From Podarcis melisellensis (lineage: Eukaryota): 64,000 bases of DNA. Positions within the stretch are counted from its first letter, which is position 1. Every line of letters starts with the position of its first letter. Positions 38,801 through 48,430 of the stretch are shown piece after piece. The DNA is taken from assembly GCA_964234715.1 (NCBI GenBank), contig OZ174283.1; one strand, given 5' to 3'. The position numbers and the translations under genes were made by a program. Below the pieces are notes generated by a model. The model did not search any database. It was not told the DNA's origin and saw nothing but the letters and a program-made list of their open reading frames with translations.

Positions 38801-41800
38801 TCCTAGCAGTTTGAAAGCATGCCAGTGCAAGTTGATAAATAGGTACTGCTGTGGCAGGAAGGTAAATGGTGTTTCCATGCGCTCTGGTTTCTGTCACCGT
38901 GTTCTGTTTTGCCAGAAGTGGTTTAGTCATGCTGGCCACATGACCCGGAAAGCTGTCTGTGGACAAACACTGGCTCCCTCAACCTGAAAGCGAGATGAGC
39001 GCTGCAACCCCATAGTTGCCTTTCACTGGACTTAACTGTCCAGGGGTTCTAAAAATGCATAAAGCCAGGAACCTAGAGTCCCTCCCCCACCTACTTTCCA
39101 ATGCCCAGTAAGTTCTCGCCCAGATTTGGGGAGGAGGCTTTGCCTTACACTGCCTTCCCTAAGCCAAGTAAGCCCACAATCACAGCTCTGTGCAGGTGGG
39201 TCAGGGGGAAATGAATAAATGTAGGGTGGGCTTCCTCTGCTCTCCATTTGTTTATTTAACCCCCCCACCTGCTCCCCCCCCAAGGAGCTTCATGAAATGA
39301 TTTAGATTGGGAAAATGGTCAAAGCCTCTTTCTCACCACCACTGCTTTGATGGGAGGTCTAGACATGGATCTCCTTAATCACCTCTGTTTTGGCCGTTTG
39401 GCTTAAACATTTCCAGGACAACATTCTTCTGGCACAGTAACATAAGCCCATTAATGGCAGAACTTGCTAGTTTCAGATATAGTGATCTGCATCTGCTCTG
39501 TGCCTTCTTATTCCCTATAATCCTCTGTTATGATATGTGAAAGAAGGTCTTTGAGTAGCAGGCAAACTCACAGCACTATCACATCATGGTGTTTCTGTAG
39601 TGATTTTAATTGTTTGATCGCACTTCTCCATTCTCAGCTTTATCTCTCCTCCCTGTGTTGACAGGGTAGAAAAGGCGGCATATTCAGTGCATATTAAATA
39701 GTGAGGTAGAGGTTCTCTCTTACTTTGGAGTAGTGTCAAAATATATTTGCAAATTAACTTGATCAGTGTTTTTAATGGCTGTGCAAGACAAATCTGAGTG
39801 CCAGGTTTAACCCACCATTTCCCCAACTGGTCTTTTGATTATTTGTATTACAGTGTGATGAATTTGGATGACTTAACTAGAAGAGGGCTATATCTGAGTG
39901 ACATTCCACTGCATGATGCTACCCGTGATTTGGTCCTTTTGGGAGAGCAGTTCAGAGAGGAATACAAGCTGACTCAAGAGCTGGAGATACTAACAGACAG
40001 GCTTCAGCACACATTAAGAGCACTGGAAGATGAGAAGAAAAAGACAGACACGTAAGAGTTTATCTCTCAAGTTTACATGAGAAATGGTGGAAGTAGTGGA
40101 ATTATTTTCCGTCTTAACCTGTATTTTGAGGCTTCACAAACACATCTGATTTTGAATTGTCCTGTTAGTCAGTGACTCTTTACCGCATGCATTATTGCCA
40201 TAATTCTTGTATAATTATTAATGAACTTCTTGAATGGATGTCCCTGTCAACCTCTGTCTAAGATCTGATTCTGACCTATTAAAAGTTTTATATCATGCAT
40301 GTCCCTGTATTATTCCTCCCACCTTCTGTATTATGAGGCTGCCATTCACCTAATGATTACCAGTTTAACTTAGTGGAATAGTTAATATTTTATGAATCAC
40401 TATTATGAAACTATGGTGTTTCGTTTTAGAAATGTTGACATTTTGGTTTAAGAAGTTCCTACCTTGGACAGGATAGCCTTCTCAGTCTTGGTATCAGTGA
40501 TGTGGGGCTGACTCACACATCACACTGATTGTAGAGATACCAGCCACCAGAAGATTCCAGCAGGTGCATGCAGGTCCTTATTGTAATGGCGGCTGTCCAC
40601 ATTCTAAGCTGTTCTGAATGTCATAGGTAGGCCAGGAATCACTGTTTACAGTAGCGAGCATCTGACATAGTCACTGACCCTCTTTAATAGTTTTATGCCT
40701 TCTGACAATCTGAATATGATTACAAATTGGAGCTGGTATGTGAAAATAAGGACACAAACAAGTTAAATGAAAATTAATACCTATTAACTCATTCAGAATA
40801 CTATATTAAGTCACTGAATAGCTGTGTAAACTGTATTTCAGTGGGCTCAAAATGAAAGCATTCTGGAAGGCTTCATGTACTAATCTTTGAAGGAAAGCAT
40901 CCCCTTTTATTGTTATCTCCCTTCATTATCTTTCTTTTCTCTGTTTTCTTCCCTCTGTCTGTTTTCCCTCAACGTCTCATTAGCTTTTATGTCTTGGATC
41001 CTAATGTTTGTTTACTGGCACATAATCTATCTATCACAACCTGAATCAGTTGAGCTTTCAGAATAATAAAATATTTCTGGACACCACAAAAACTTAGGAA
41101 AAAGCTGGCTCGGGAGATCTTTGTTTAATTTGCGTGCACATAACTTAAGGGCTAAACAAGATTCACACAATTAGCAATTATTAGGGGTAAAAGGTTAACG
41201 CTGCATGTCAGGATTCTGATCTGTATCAGGGCCCACACACTTCCAATTTGCTTTTAAAAAGCCATTCACATAATTCCTAATTGTGTGAATGGCATCTCAT
41301 CTAGTCTGAACCATACAAACTAAGTACCTTTTATGTGTAGTCTTTAGAATGAAACATTTCGCTTTTTGTGAATATTGTGCTTTGCAATTTTTTTGGGTGG
41401 TGGTGGGGAAACAGTAAATAATAAAATGTGAGCATATAACCCTCTAGCTGATAATGGATATCTCTGCTGAAATATCAATTTATCCAGACTGGAAGTGCTT
41501 GTGGGTGTGTATATTCATCTCACTGTTGCTTGTTTGACCATAGGCATTGGTGACAAGCGAAATGAATACATATAACATGGTTAACTCTGTCTCTGTTGGG
41601 CCATTTTCATTTTTCTTAAAGCTATTGCCTGTCCCCAACCATTCTCCAGATAAATCTAGAGTATGTGACTTCTTTGCAAAAGATTAAGGGCACATTCCAT
41701 GGAACATTACGTATTTTTATGTACCATCAATTTCAACTACAGAGATTTAAGCACACGTCCTTAAGAGTTTAGCAGTGCTTTCTCATACCTATATAGTTTT

Positions 41801-44800
41801 GCCCATTTTATCTTTCAGTATTCTAGGAACATTTTTAATGCACACCAATGTCTGGTGCTTAAAGAGTATTACTTCTGCCATTAATAATTTTTTTAATAAG
41901 TGACTGTTGGAAACCTAAAATGTAAAAAATCCGCTTTCACATGAAAACCTCATTACACAAAAAAATGACTCATGTTTTTCTCTTCCTTTTTCTTTCTTTA
42001 CTATTACTATCCAACATTATGTAGCTTGCTGTATTCTGTCCTTCCTCCATCTGTGGCCAATGAGCTGAGGCACAAGCGCCCTGTGCCAGCAAAGCGCTAT
42101 GATAATGTGACCATACTTTTTAGTGGCATTGTTGGGTTTAATGCCTTCTGTAGTAAACATGCCTCTGGAGAGGGAGCCATGAAAATTGTCAATCTCTTAA
42201 ATGACCTTTACACAAGATTTGATATCCTGACTGATTCACGAAGGAACCCCTTTGTTTATAAGGTAAGCACCACTGCTTCATTTCTTATTTTTTGTTTGTT
42301 TGAGATAATGCTGCATTAAATGAAAATTAATGTAGAAACAGCCCTGTAATGATGAAATTATGAAAGAGGTGTATTATCTGAGCTCAGTTCTATGGAGTAT
42401 TAGAATTTCCCATTGATGCAATAATGGTTTAATTCTTGGCAAGAGAAAACATTGCACTGAAATAAATTTATTCTGAAGACAAAATAGCTGCATCAATGTT
42501 GATTACAGAAATTGGGGAAAGTGAGCTCCTGACTCCAAAACACTTTACTGATGCTTCTTTCTGAATCCAAATACCTGAGGCTAAGCTGTGATTTGTCTTA
42601 GTGTCATGTCCAAGTCGTGATTTGTCTCACTTGAGACAAGAAATCAGCTGTAGCCAAGGTTTGTTCTTTGTTTACTACTCATGTTTTGAGAAACAAACCA
42701 TAAGCCCATGTTCAGATGCTAAGCCAAACCATGGCTTACCTCTGGATAGTGTGCTAGTAGGAGGACTGAGAGAGGAATGCAGCCACTACAGTCTTTGCTC
42801 CAGGAACCTGCATGTTTACTTGTTCACAATTTGTTTGGGCCTCTCCCCACCCCTGATTTATTTTGTTTGTTTGATGCAACAATAGCTAGAACAGTCTCCA
42901 AGTGTTTTAGCTGATAGCGAGTTAGATAGATCAAGACTCTTGCCCCTGAAGAAGTTTGTCTTCTAAATGTATTTGGCTGGGTATATCATATGCTATAATC
43001 AATTATATTTTCCAATCTGAAATTTTGCTTGGGTTTCCTTTTTTGTTTATTTTTTGGTGCCACCCTTCCTTTCCTTCTTCATTAAGCTTTCTACACTAGG
43101 CCTCTACACTTGCTACCTATCTAAAAAATAATGTACTTTTCTCTGATTCTTCTATATTTATACCATACATTACTTTTAGAAAGCATCCTGTGATGGGGCA
43201 CAGATCAATGGGCTTCATCCAATGGAGTGCTAAGTTAAAGTCACTTGGCAGTATACTTGTGCTGCCGGAACATTGATACACATGGGAAAACACAAGCACA
43301 TTACTAAAGATGGTTGCACAACAGATTGCACAACAAACGTTTATTAGTGCAACTGTTGTGTTGGATTCCTTTGTTGTGCAACCTTTAAACTGTACCATCT
43401 CCTAGTGCAAGGGCCCTTTCTGTTTCAAAGGTATGGCTAGTGTTTGTAATAACACTGTTTCCATGTAACCAAGAAAATGGAATAACTTCCAACTTCACAT
43501 TTTATTAGGTTGAGACAGTTGGAGACAAGTATATGACAGTAAGTGGCTTGCCAGAGCCATGCATTCACCATGCACGTTCTATCTGCCACTTAGCATTGGA
43601 TATGATGGAAATTGCCGGACAGGTTCAAGTTGATGGAGAGTCTGTACAGGTTAGTAATTGACAACATGCTACTGGTCCAACTTACAAGTATGTGTAGCCT
43701 AGAAACCATGGGGCAAGATCGTACAAGACCAGTATTGGGCACTGATGCAGAATGCAACAGGGAATGGTTGAGGAATACCACCAAACTAAATATACTTCCA
43801 TGTGAGAATTAGTCCATATTTCTTCCCACCATTCTCATCAGTGCTTCCCCTTGATAGTGTGCATTGAGATTGGTGGTCTGGATCATGCTGAGGTTGTAAG
43901 GTTGTTCCTTCCCTCAAGACTGGTGCTTGGGACAGATGAAGGGGACATTTGGAGAATGTGGGTTGAGATAATACAGCAACATTGTTCCATCCTCTTGTAG
44001 GATAACTCTGTCTTTTGAAAGCTCTTTTGCTTAACAAGCACTCAGGTAGTGGCTTCACTTGTTTTATTTTTTTTAACAAAGTTTTATATATCCCTTTGTT
44101 GTAGTGAAGCTTCTAAGTCGTTTACAGAAATATTAAAATTACCAGGAAAACAATTTAGAAGTAGTTGTGCAATGGTTACATTCATCTCCCCACAAATGCT
44201 AAGCCACCTACCCACTACTTATGTAATTGTTTATTGTGCAAATGCAAAATTGCAATGCTGTATGCATTTCACTTCAAACAACTTGGTAACATCTTTTTAT
44301 TATTGTTACTGTTCATCTTTATTTTTGTTCATTTTAAAAGATAACAATAGGCATCCACACAGGAGAAGTAGTCACAGGTGTAATTGGCCAAAGGATGCCC
44401 CGTTACTGTCTTTTTGGAAACACTGTTAATCTAACAAGCAGAACAGAAACCACTGGAGAGAAAGGAAGAATCAATGTCTCTGAATATACTTACAGGTGAG
44501 AAACTGAGTGCACAGATGGCTTATAGCAATATCCAGAAAACAGCTTTCTTAGAACAATGGGCTCACTTTTTCATTTTTCATAACCACCTTATATCAGCTG
44601 GTTTTTTGGGGGGGGCACACTGCCAATACTTACCTGCATCACAGAGCAATTATAACCCCTGGCTGGGGAACAGTCAGAGTGGAGAGAGTATATCTGACAG
44701 GGTGGGAGATTTTTCTTTTTTGCTGTACCAACTCTAGGCTGCCACGATTGAGAGGTACATAGATTGTGACCTTTGGGAGATCTATAAGACTTTGGATCAG

Positions 44801-46477
44801 GCAGATACAAAATTGCTGGCAATTTGGGCCTTCCCAAAGGCTACCACAAGCAGGAAAAATGCTGCTGGAGGCTTCCTGTCTGACTGGGTACAATGAGGAT
44901 CTCCGTAGTGATGGAGCTCTCCCCTGTCATCAGAGATAATAAGAAGGTCAACTCTTCCAAATCCTAAAACCCTCCAGCTGCAAAGATCAGGGGGTTACAG
45001 TTGCATTGTTAGTGTGAGCAATTATTCCATATGGAGAAAGACAATCACCTTCAGATACTCTGGGTGTTATAGTCTCTTTAAGACATATTCTGACATCTTT
45101 AGTGTATTGCAAGTCTTGGCCCGAAAGCACTTCATGAAAGTGTATTTTGCAATTAATCATTTAGTTATATCTCTTTTTATTTGCAGGTGTCTAATGGCTC
45201 CTGAAAATTCAGACCCACAATTCCATCTGGAACACAGAGGTCCCGTTTCCATGAAGGGTAAAAAAGAACCAATGCAAGTTTGGTTTTTGTCCAGAAAGTG
45301 CACAGAGACAGAGGTATGACTAATCAAAAAGTGCTTTTAAAAAGAAGATGCACAGAATATGTATGAACAGTCAGACTCATGACAGACATTATTTTTCTTG
45401 CAAAATTCAATGTTCCCTCGAAGAAATTAACCTTCTTTTTTAAACCCATTAATATATTTCTTGACAATATATTAATTTGTCCCTGGTGTTTATGCATTTG
45501 TTAGAAATCAGGCTTTCTGCTTCAAAAAGTCAACGAGAGAGCACTAAGTCTTTAAATTTTAATCTCACACACTTTCTATGTCCTACTTTGCTGGAACTGG
45601 TATTATGCAATGTCTGTGCCTAGGAGTAGCAGAAATTTCTGACCTTGCTTCTCTTCATTTAAAATGATATTGCTGTCAGTCACCTGTAATATGCACACAA
45701 CATCCCCTTAGTATTTGTTTTCAGAAATGGATTGATTTTACCAAAACATATTTGCAATTTAGCCTTACGTAAAATTGAAAGCCACTATTTGCTGAAGCTC
45801 TAAAGTTGAAAACTCTTCACTCCAAATAAATTGCTTTAAAGTGGTAAAGTGCATAGTAATTATGGCATCCTAATGAGCAGGCTTTACTATAGAGCAATAG
45901 ATTTATATTCTAACAGATTGTGAACTGCTAGCAGAAGTAGCTAACTAATTGCTTTAGTGCGCAGTCCTAACCCCTGCCTTGCTGGGATGGAGCTTGAAGA
46001 AGCTGCACAGCCAGTGCTCCATCCCTAGTGCTCATGCCATCCAAGGCAAAAGAAGGGGGTGGCAGGAATAAAATGTCCCTCTCAGAGAACCTGCCTGAAT
46101 TGGGCCTATTGCTGCCCTACTGCTGGCATATGACAGCAGCAGAGTCCTGTTTTAAAATGGGAATTTTCTCAAACATCAATATTGTGGAATGTTCCAGATT
46201 CCACAAGGCAATTGGAGACCTCCATGAGGAGGTATTTTCTTATTTTATAGGAATTGAAACTATCAAGTGCGCTTGAGAGTAACTCCCATGGTTAAATATG
46301 GGTTAGTGTCACTACCAAGATACATAAAGTATGTGCTTCCTCAAACACCGTTTTAATTTGTTGCACCCATGTGAGAATATATTTTAACTTTTCACACATT
46401 ATTACCACAAGCTCAACTGTTTCCTTTTCAAACTTTTCTCGCATGCCTTCAAGGATGTAACGCATGATGCTAACTGA
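7691..46477 (+). CDS. GUCY1B1: Soluble guanylate cyclase subunit beta-1, whole gene span (14 coding exons, 1860 nt, 619 aa: H-NOX, PAS, coiled coil, cyclase)
   Basis: Exons join in frame through GT-AG introns (3+74+101+119+198+231+117+134+198+238+141+155+127+24 = 1860 nt) to give [28 protein letters not shown]...[17 protein letters not shown]. Heme ligand H105, YxSxR (Y135/S137/R139) and catalytic-domain E473, C541, N548, R552 are all present. Confidence 0.98.
8273..8346 (+). CDS. GUCY1B1: GUCY1B1 exon 2
   Basis: ctctttggcag|TACGGA...ATCAA|gtaagt; [25 protein letters not shown]. Confidence 0.97.
8856..8957 (-). mobile_element. CR1 LINE 3'-end fragment at the edge of the CpG island
   Basis: AGAATCGTAGAGTTGGAAGGGACCCCCAGGGTCGTCTAGTCCAAC; same terminus as 1478-1550. 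Confidence 0.75.
9600..9990 (+). mobile_element. L2-type LINE remnant
   Basis: [17 protein letters not shown] (YADD-type RT motif) at ~9615-9667, then L2-like TAAACTGCCCTGA...AAATAA end. Confidence 0.6.
10489..10704. mobile_element. Tc1/mariner (Tigger-like) MITE
   Basis: TA|CAGTGGTACCTCCGGTT...AAGCGGAGATACAACTG|TA. Confidence 0.85.
12581..12670. mobile_element. 90-bp hAT-type MITE
   Basis: TIRs CAGGGGTAGTCAACCT / AGGTTGACAACTCCTG; 8-bp TSD GTCTAGGT / GTCTAGAG. Confidence 0.8.
14065..14300. mobile_element. Tc1/mariner (Tigger-like) MITE
   Basis: CAGTGGTACCTTGG...CTAAGGTACCACTA|TA. Confidence 0.82.
15958..16042. repeat. ~85-bp imperfect palindromic MITE-like repeat (best copy of a dispersed family)
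   Basis: ACTGCAACCTTA...TAGGATTGCAGT inverted ends; similar degraded copies near 4980-5145, 12007-12080, 13575-13665, 28355-28420, 35195-35290, 49667-49757, 58230-58340. Confidence 0.65.
16230..16760 (+). mobile_element. L2-type LINE RT remnant
   Basis: [16 protein letters not shown] at ~16272-16319, degraded downstream. Confidence 0.65.
17010..17053. repeat. (AT)n microsatellite
   Basis: Direct reading. Confidence 0.98.
17341..17402. repeat. 31-bp tandem duplication
   Basis: TTTGGGATGAAAACAC(T/C)CAGAAAGGGGTGCA twice, one mismatch. Confidence 0.95.
17450..18932 (+). mobile_element. Degraded 5'-truncated CR1 LINE (RT remnants + 3' UTR)
   Basis: Broken RT motifs (...NLLEFFD...DRGD...[24 protein letters not shown]) with stops and frameshifts; CR1-type 3' end; (CA)n inserted at 17771-17798. 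Confidence 0.88.
18985..19248 (+). mobile_element. CORE-SINE (Squam3-type): tRNA head, CORE, L2-like tail ending in (CTT)n
   Basis: TGTAGTGGTTAAGAGC A-box, GCTGGGTGACCTTGGGCCAGTCA CORE motif, GCCGCTTTGAG...CTTCTCCTTCTTCT tail. Confidence 0.85.
26853..27202 (-). mobile_element. Full-length Sauria SINE in GUCY1B1 intron 2
   Basis: Reverse complement of the same family with intact GTTCGAATCC B-box; TSD TAGTATGTTA at 26843-26852 and 27206-27215. Confidence 0.95.
27421..27521 (+). CDS. GUCY1B1: GUCY1B1 exon 3
   Basis: ttgttttag|GCGG...CTTA|gtaagt; [33 protein letters not shown]. Confidence 0.97.
27913..28031 (+). CDS. GUCY1B1: GUCY1B1 exon 4
   Basis: ttctttag|ACCTT...TTGCAG|gtaaga; [40 protein letters not shown]. 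Confidence 0.97.
29425..29584. mobile_element. Partial Tc1/mariner (Tigger-like) MITE
   Basis: Internal GCGCATGTGCAGAAG motif shared with the 10489 copy; ends CCAAGGTTCCACTG|TA. Confidence 0.72.
31637..31834 (+). CDS. GUCY1B1: GUCY1B1 exon 5 (His105 heme ligand at 31652-31654, YxSxR motif)
   Basis: ccttacag|AACCTT...ATGAAG|gtaagt; [23 protein letters not shown]...LHYYSEREG...EIDMK. Confidence 0.98.
33865..34030. mobile_element. Degraded Penelope-like terminal-repeat fragment
   Basis: AGTCTGTTGCAGC...AGTCTTGTGGGACC...GTGGACTAGAATCCAC stem, followed by a partial inverted copy; related to 60400-60490. Confidence 0.5.
35064..35084. repeat. (GT)n microsatellite
   Basis: Direct reading; further (CA)n tracts at ~12352-12368 and ~34383-34400. 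Confidence 0.93.
37359..37589 (+). CDS. GUCY1B1: GUCY1B1 exon 6
   Basis: ttattcag|GTTATT...CCACAG|gtaaga; [19 protein letters not shown]...[30 protein letters not shown]. Confidence 0.97.
38075..38191 (+). CDS. GUCY1B1: GUCY1B1 exon 7
   Basis: atttcag|CTCCAG...AGCAAG|gtaacc; [39 protein letters not shown]. Confidence 0.97.
38430..38563 (+). CDS. GUCY1B1: GUCY1B1 exon 8
   Basis: ctttacaag|GAAGGG...CCAAG|gtaagc; [44 protein letters not shown]. Confidence 0.97.
38681..39047 (+). mobile_element. Sauria SINE (longer subfamily) in GUCY1B1 intron 8
   Basis: Same head and body motifs; TSD TCTAAAAATGCA at 38667-38678 and 39048-39059; tail missing. Confidence 0.93.
39854..40051 (+). CDS. GUCY1B1: GUCY1B1 exon 9 (end of PAS, coiled coil)
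   Basis: attacag|TGTGATG...GACAC|gtaaga; [32 protein letters not shown]...EDEKKKTD. Confidence 0.97.
42025..42262 (+). CDS. GUCY1B1: GUCY1B1 exon 10
   Basis: atgtag|CTTGCTG...TATAAG|gtaagc; [38 protein letters not shown]...NPFVYK. Confidence 0.97.
43509..43649 (+). CDS. GUCY1B1: GUCY1B1 exon 11
   Basis: ttattag|GTTGAG...GTACAG|gttagt; [47 protein letters not shown]. Confidence 0.97.
44341..44495 (+). CDS. GUCY1B1: GUCY1B1 exon 12 (cyclase signature)
   Basis: ttttaaaag|ATAACA...TACAG|gtgaga; [51 protein letters not shown]. Confidence 0.97.
45187..45313 (+). CDS. GUCY1B1: GUCY1B1 exon 13
   Basis: tttgcag|GTGTCTA...ACAGAG|gtatga; [42 protein letters not shown]. Confidence 0.96.
46454..46477 (+). 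CDS. GUCY1B1: GUCY1B1 terminal exon 14, coding part (DVTHDAN*)
   Basis: Pyrimidine tract ...ttccttttcaaacttttctcgcatgccttcaag|GAT GTA ACG CAT GAT GCT AAC TGA; 7 codons + TGA, the same length as and similar to the recalled human ETKQDDD* end, giving 619 aa. Confidence 0.75.
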   Translation, partial: DVTHDAN

Positions 46478-48430
46478 GCCAGGCGAAATGCAAGAGGACA
46501 AAGAACAGAGTGGAACACTGTGTCCTGCCACTAATACAGCCTGTTTGTAATTAGATGTGACTGCTGTTGCTACATTTGTGTCTCTTCTGTTTGTTCATCC
46601 GAACTGTGCCAAACAATAACATTTTCACTAAGCTCCTCTGCCCCCCCCACCGTGTTGCTTTTTGGTCACTCCCCTTTTGATATTGTAGTAGGTCTTCTGT
46701 GGGTCTGTGTATCTCAATGTCTTTGGTCTCCCATTCTTTATCTAACACAAACTTTTTCACATGCCATAAGGGATATAGTGCTTCACACATATGCTTCTCA
46801 TCTACATCTTTAGTGACTAATCACCACGATCTTTATGATGCTGTAACTCAAACTGTTTCTGCGAGGGAAAAAATTCCAATTGATAGCAAGCATCATGAGC
46901 TCAGAGAACTGATATTTTTATAGCCGTGATTTGGCATTTTGTTGTAAAGTTTATACTAATCCATCTGCTTTCCTCCAATCTGCTATTGTGAAATATTGCA
47001 GTTTGTTCTAGAAGGTAGCTTCAGTACGCTGGTGGTTGCTCTTTTACTATGTATTGACTGTCTGCTGATACAACATACGCATTTTGTACATGGAAGAGAA
47101 GGGTAGGTTGTTTAATATTATGTTATAGTAGGAAATGTGAGTCAATTTCTGTTCTAAATCTAATTGTGTTCTGTCCTATTTCTCCTACTGAATTCTGGGG
47201 GTAAAGATGATTCATGCATACTTGCATAATAGGTTGTTGGACAACTTTTAATATAATGCATAATGATATTATTACTTTTTAGACCAGGGGACATTTCAAA
47301 GAAAAAATTGGATACCCAACCTTGAGGTCCATAATAATGAAGAATTTGGGGGGGGGGGGCTTTATTCTGAAATTCAGAAGTTTATTCTGAAATTAGGAGA
47401 CCTATAATAAGTCACAGGTCTCTGTCATTCTGCTTCTTGCAAGGCCCATACAGAGGCATTGGCAGAGTGTCCCATGTGACATATACAGTATAGGCATGTG
47501 CAAAATGACCCTGAATGCACAGCATGGTTAGGCTACAAAGCATGGATTAGGCAAATAGCTGTTCCTCCCCACAAAAGTATCCAAGAATACAAGTAAGATT
47601 GTTATTGAAGAAAATGTCATGCTTTGTACTTTTTAAAGGAAGAAGTCACTCTCCAAAGGCACTAGGAATTTTAAAACATTAGGCTTCTACCATACAGTCT
47701 TTTCTGTTGCCCTGTCCCTTTGGGCAGAGCACCAGGAATGGTCAGATGTTCACTATGCAAGAAGCCTATTTCCACAATTAGCATGGTGGCAAAACCCGCT
47801 GTGCATTCTTGAAGATTCCCCTTGAAATTTGCTTTCCCCAGGATCTGGTCAGAATGCTCTCTTGGGTGAAATTGAGGCAACGGTATTATTTTATAGTATT
47901 TCCCGATAAGTGAAAGATATGTTTTGGATATAGTTACCAAGCCTTGTTTTATTGCTTGAAAAAAAAAGTATGTCCATTATTATATAAAGAACCTTCATTA
48001 TCCAGGTTCATCATATGTGTGCCTACATAGACCCGTGTAAATGTGAGCTGCACTTGTATTTTTATGAACTTCTGATTATCTTGTATTCCAAACCTGTCAG
48101 AACTAATGAGCTCAGTTTAGATATATTGTAGGAATAATAAAATGACTCCTAATTCATTTCATATTTTTTGATGATGCCTTTATAAGATATGAACATGTAC
48201 ATATATGTATATATACATAAATATGAATGTAATGTATAAAATTTGTCAGTCTCTAGTTTATATACATATATATATCTAATCAACATAAAATATATGTATA
48301 AATGTTTTATGTTAAGGTGTATACGGAAGGTCTTTAAATTATGGGCTTTTTCTCACTGAAAGGGTTTCTCCCTGTGGAAAACCATATGTTAATATTGGAA
48401 ATGGTATAATAAATACAATTTATCCCCTAT
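46478..48430 (+). other. GUCY1B1: Probable GUCY1B1 3' UTR with candidate poly(A) signals
   Basis: AT-rich sequence after the stop; AATAAA at 48136-48141 and 48408-48413. True 3' end cannot be fixed from sequence. Confidence 0.45.

Noticed and set aside
47283-47664. Other candidate GUCY1B1 terminal acceptors (47283, 47639)
   Set aside because: The 46454 exon matches the expected 7-codon length and sequence far better; these fall in the presumed 3' UTR
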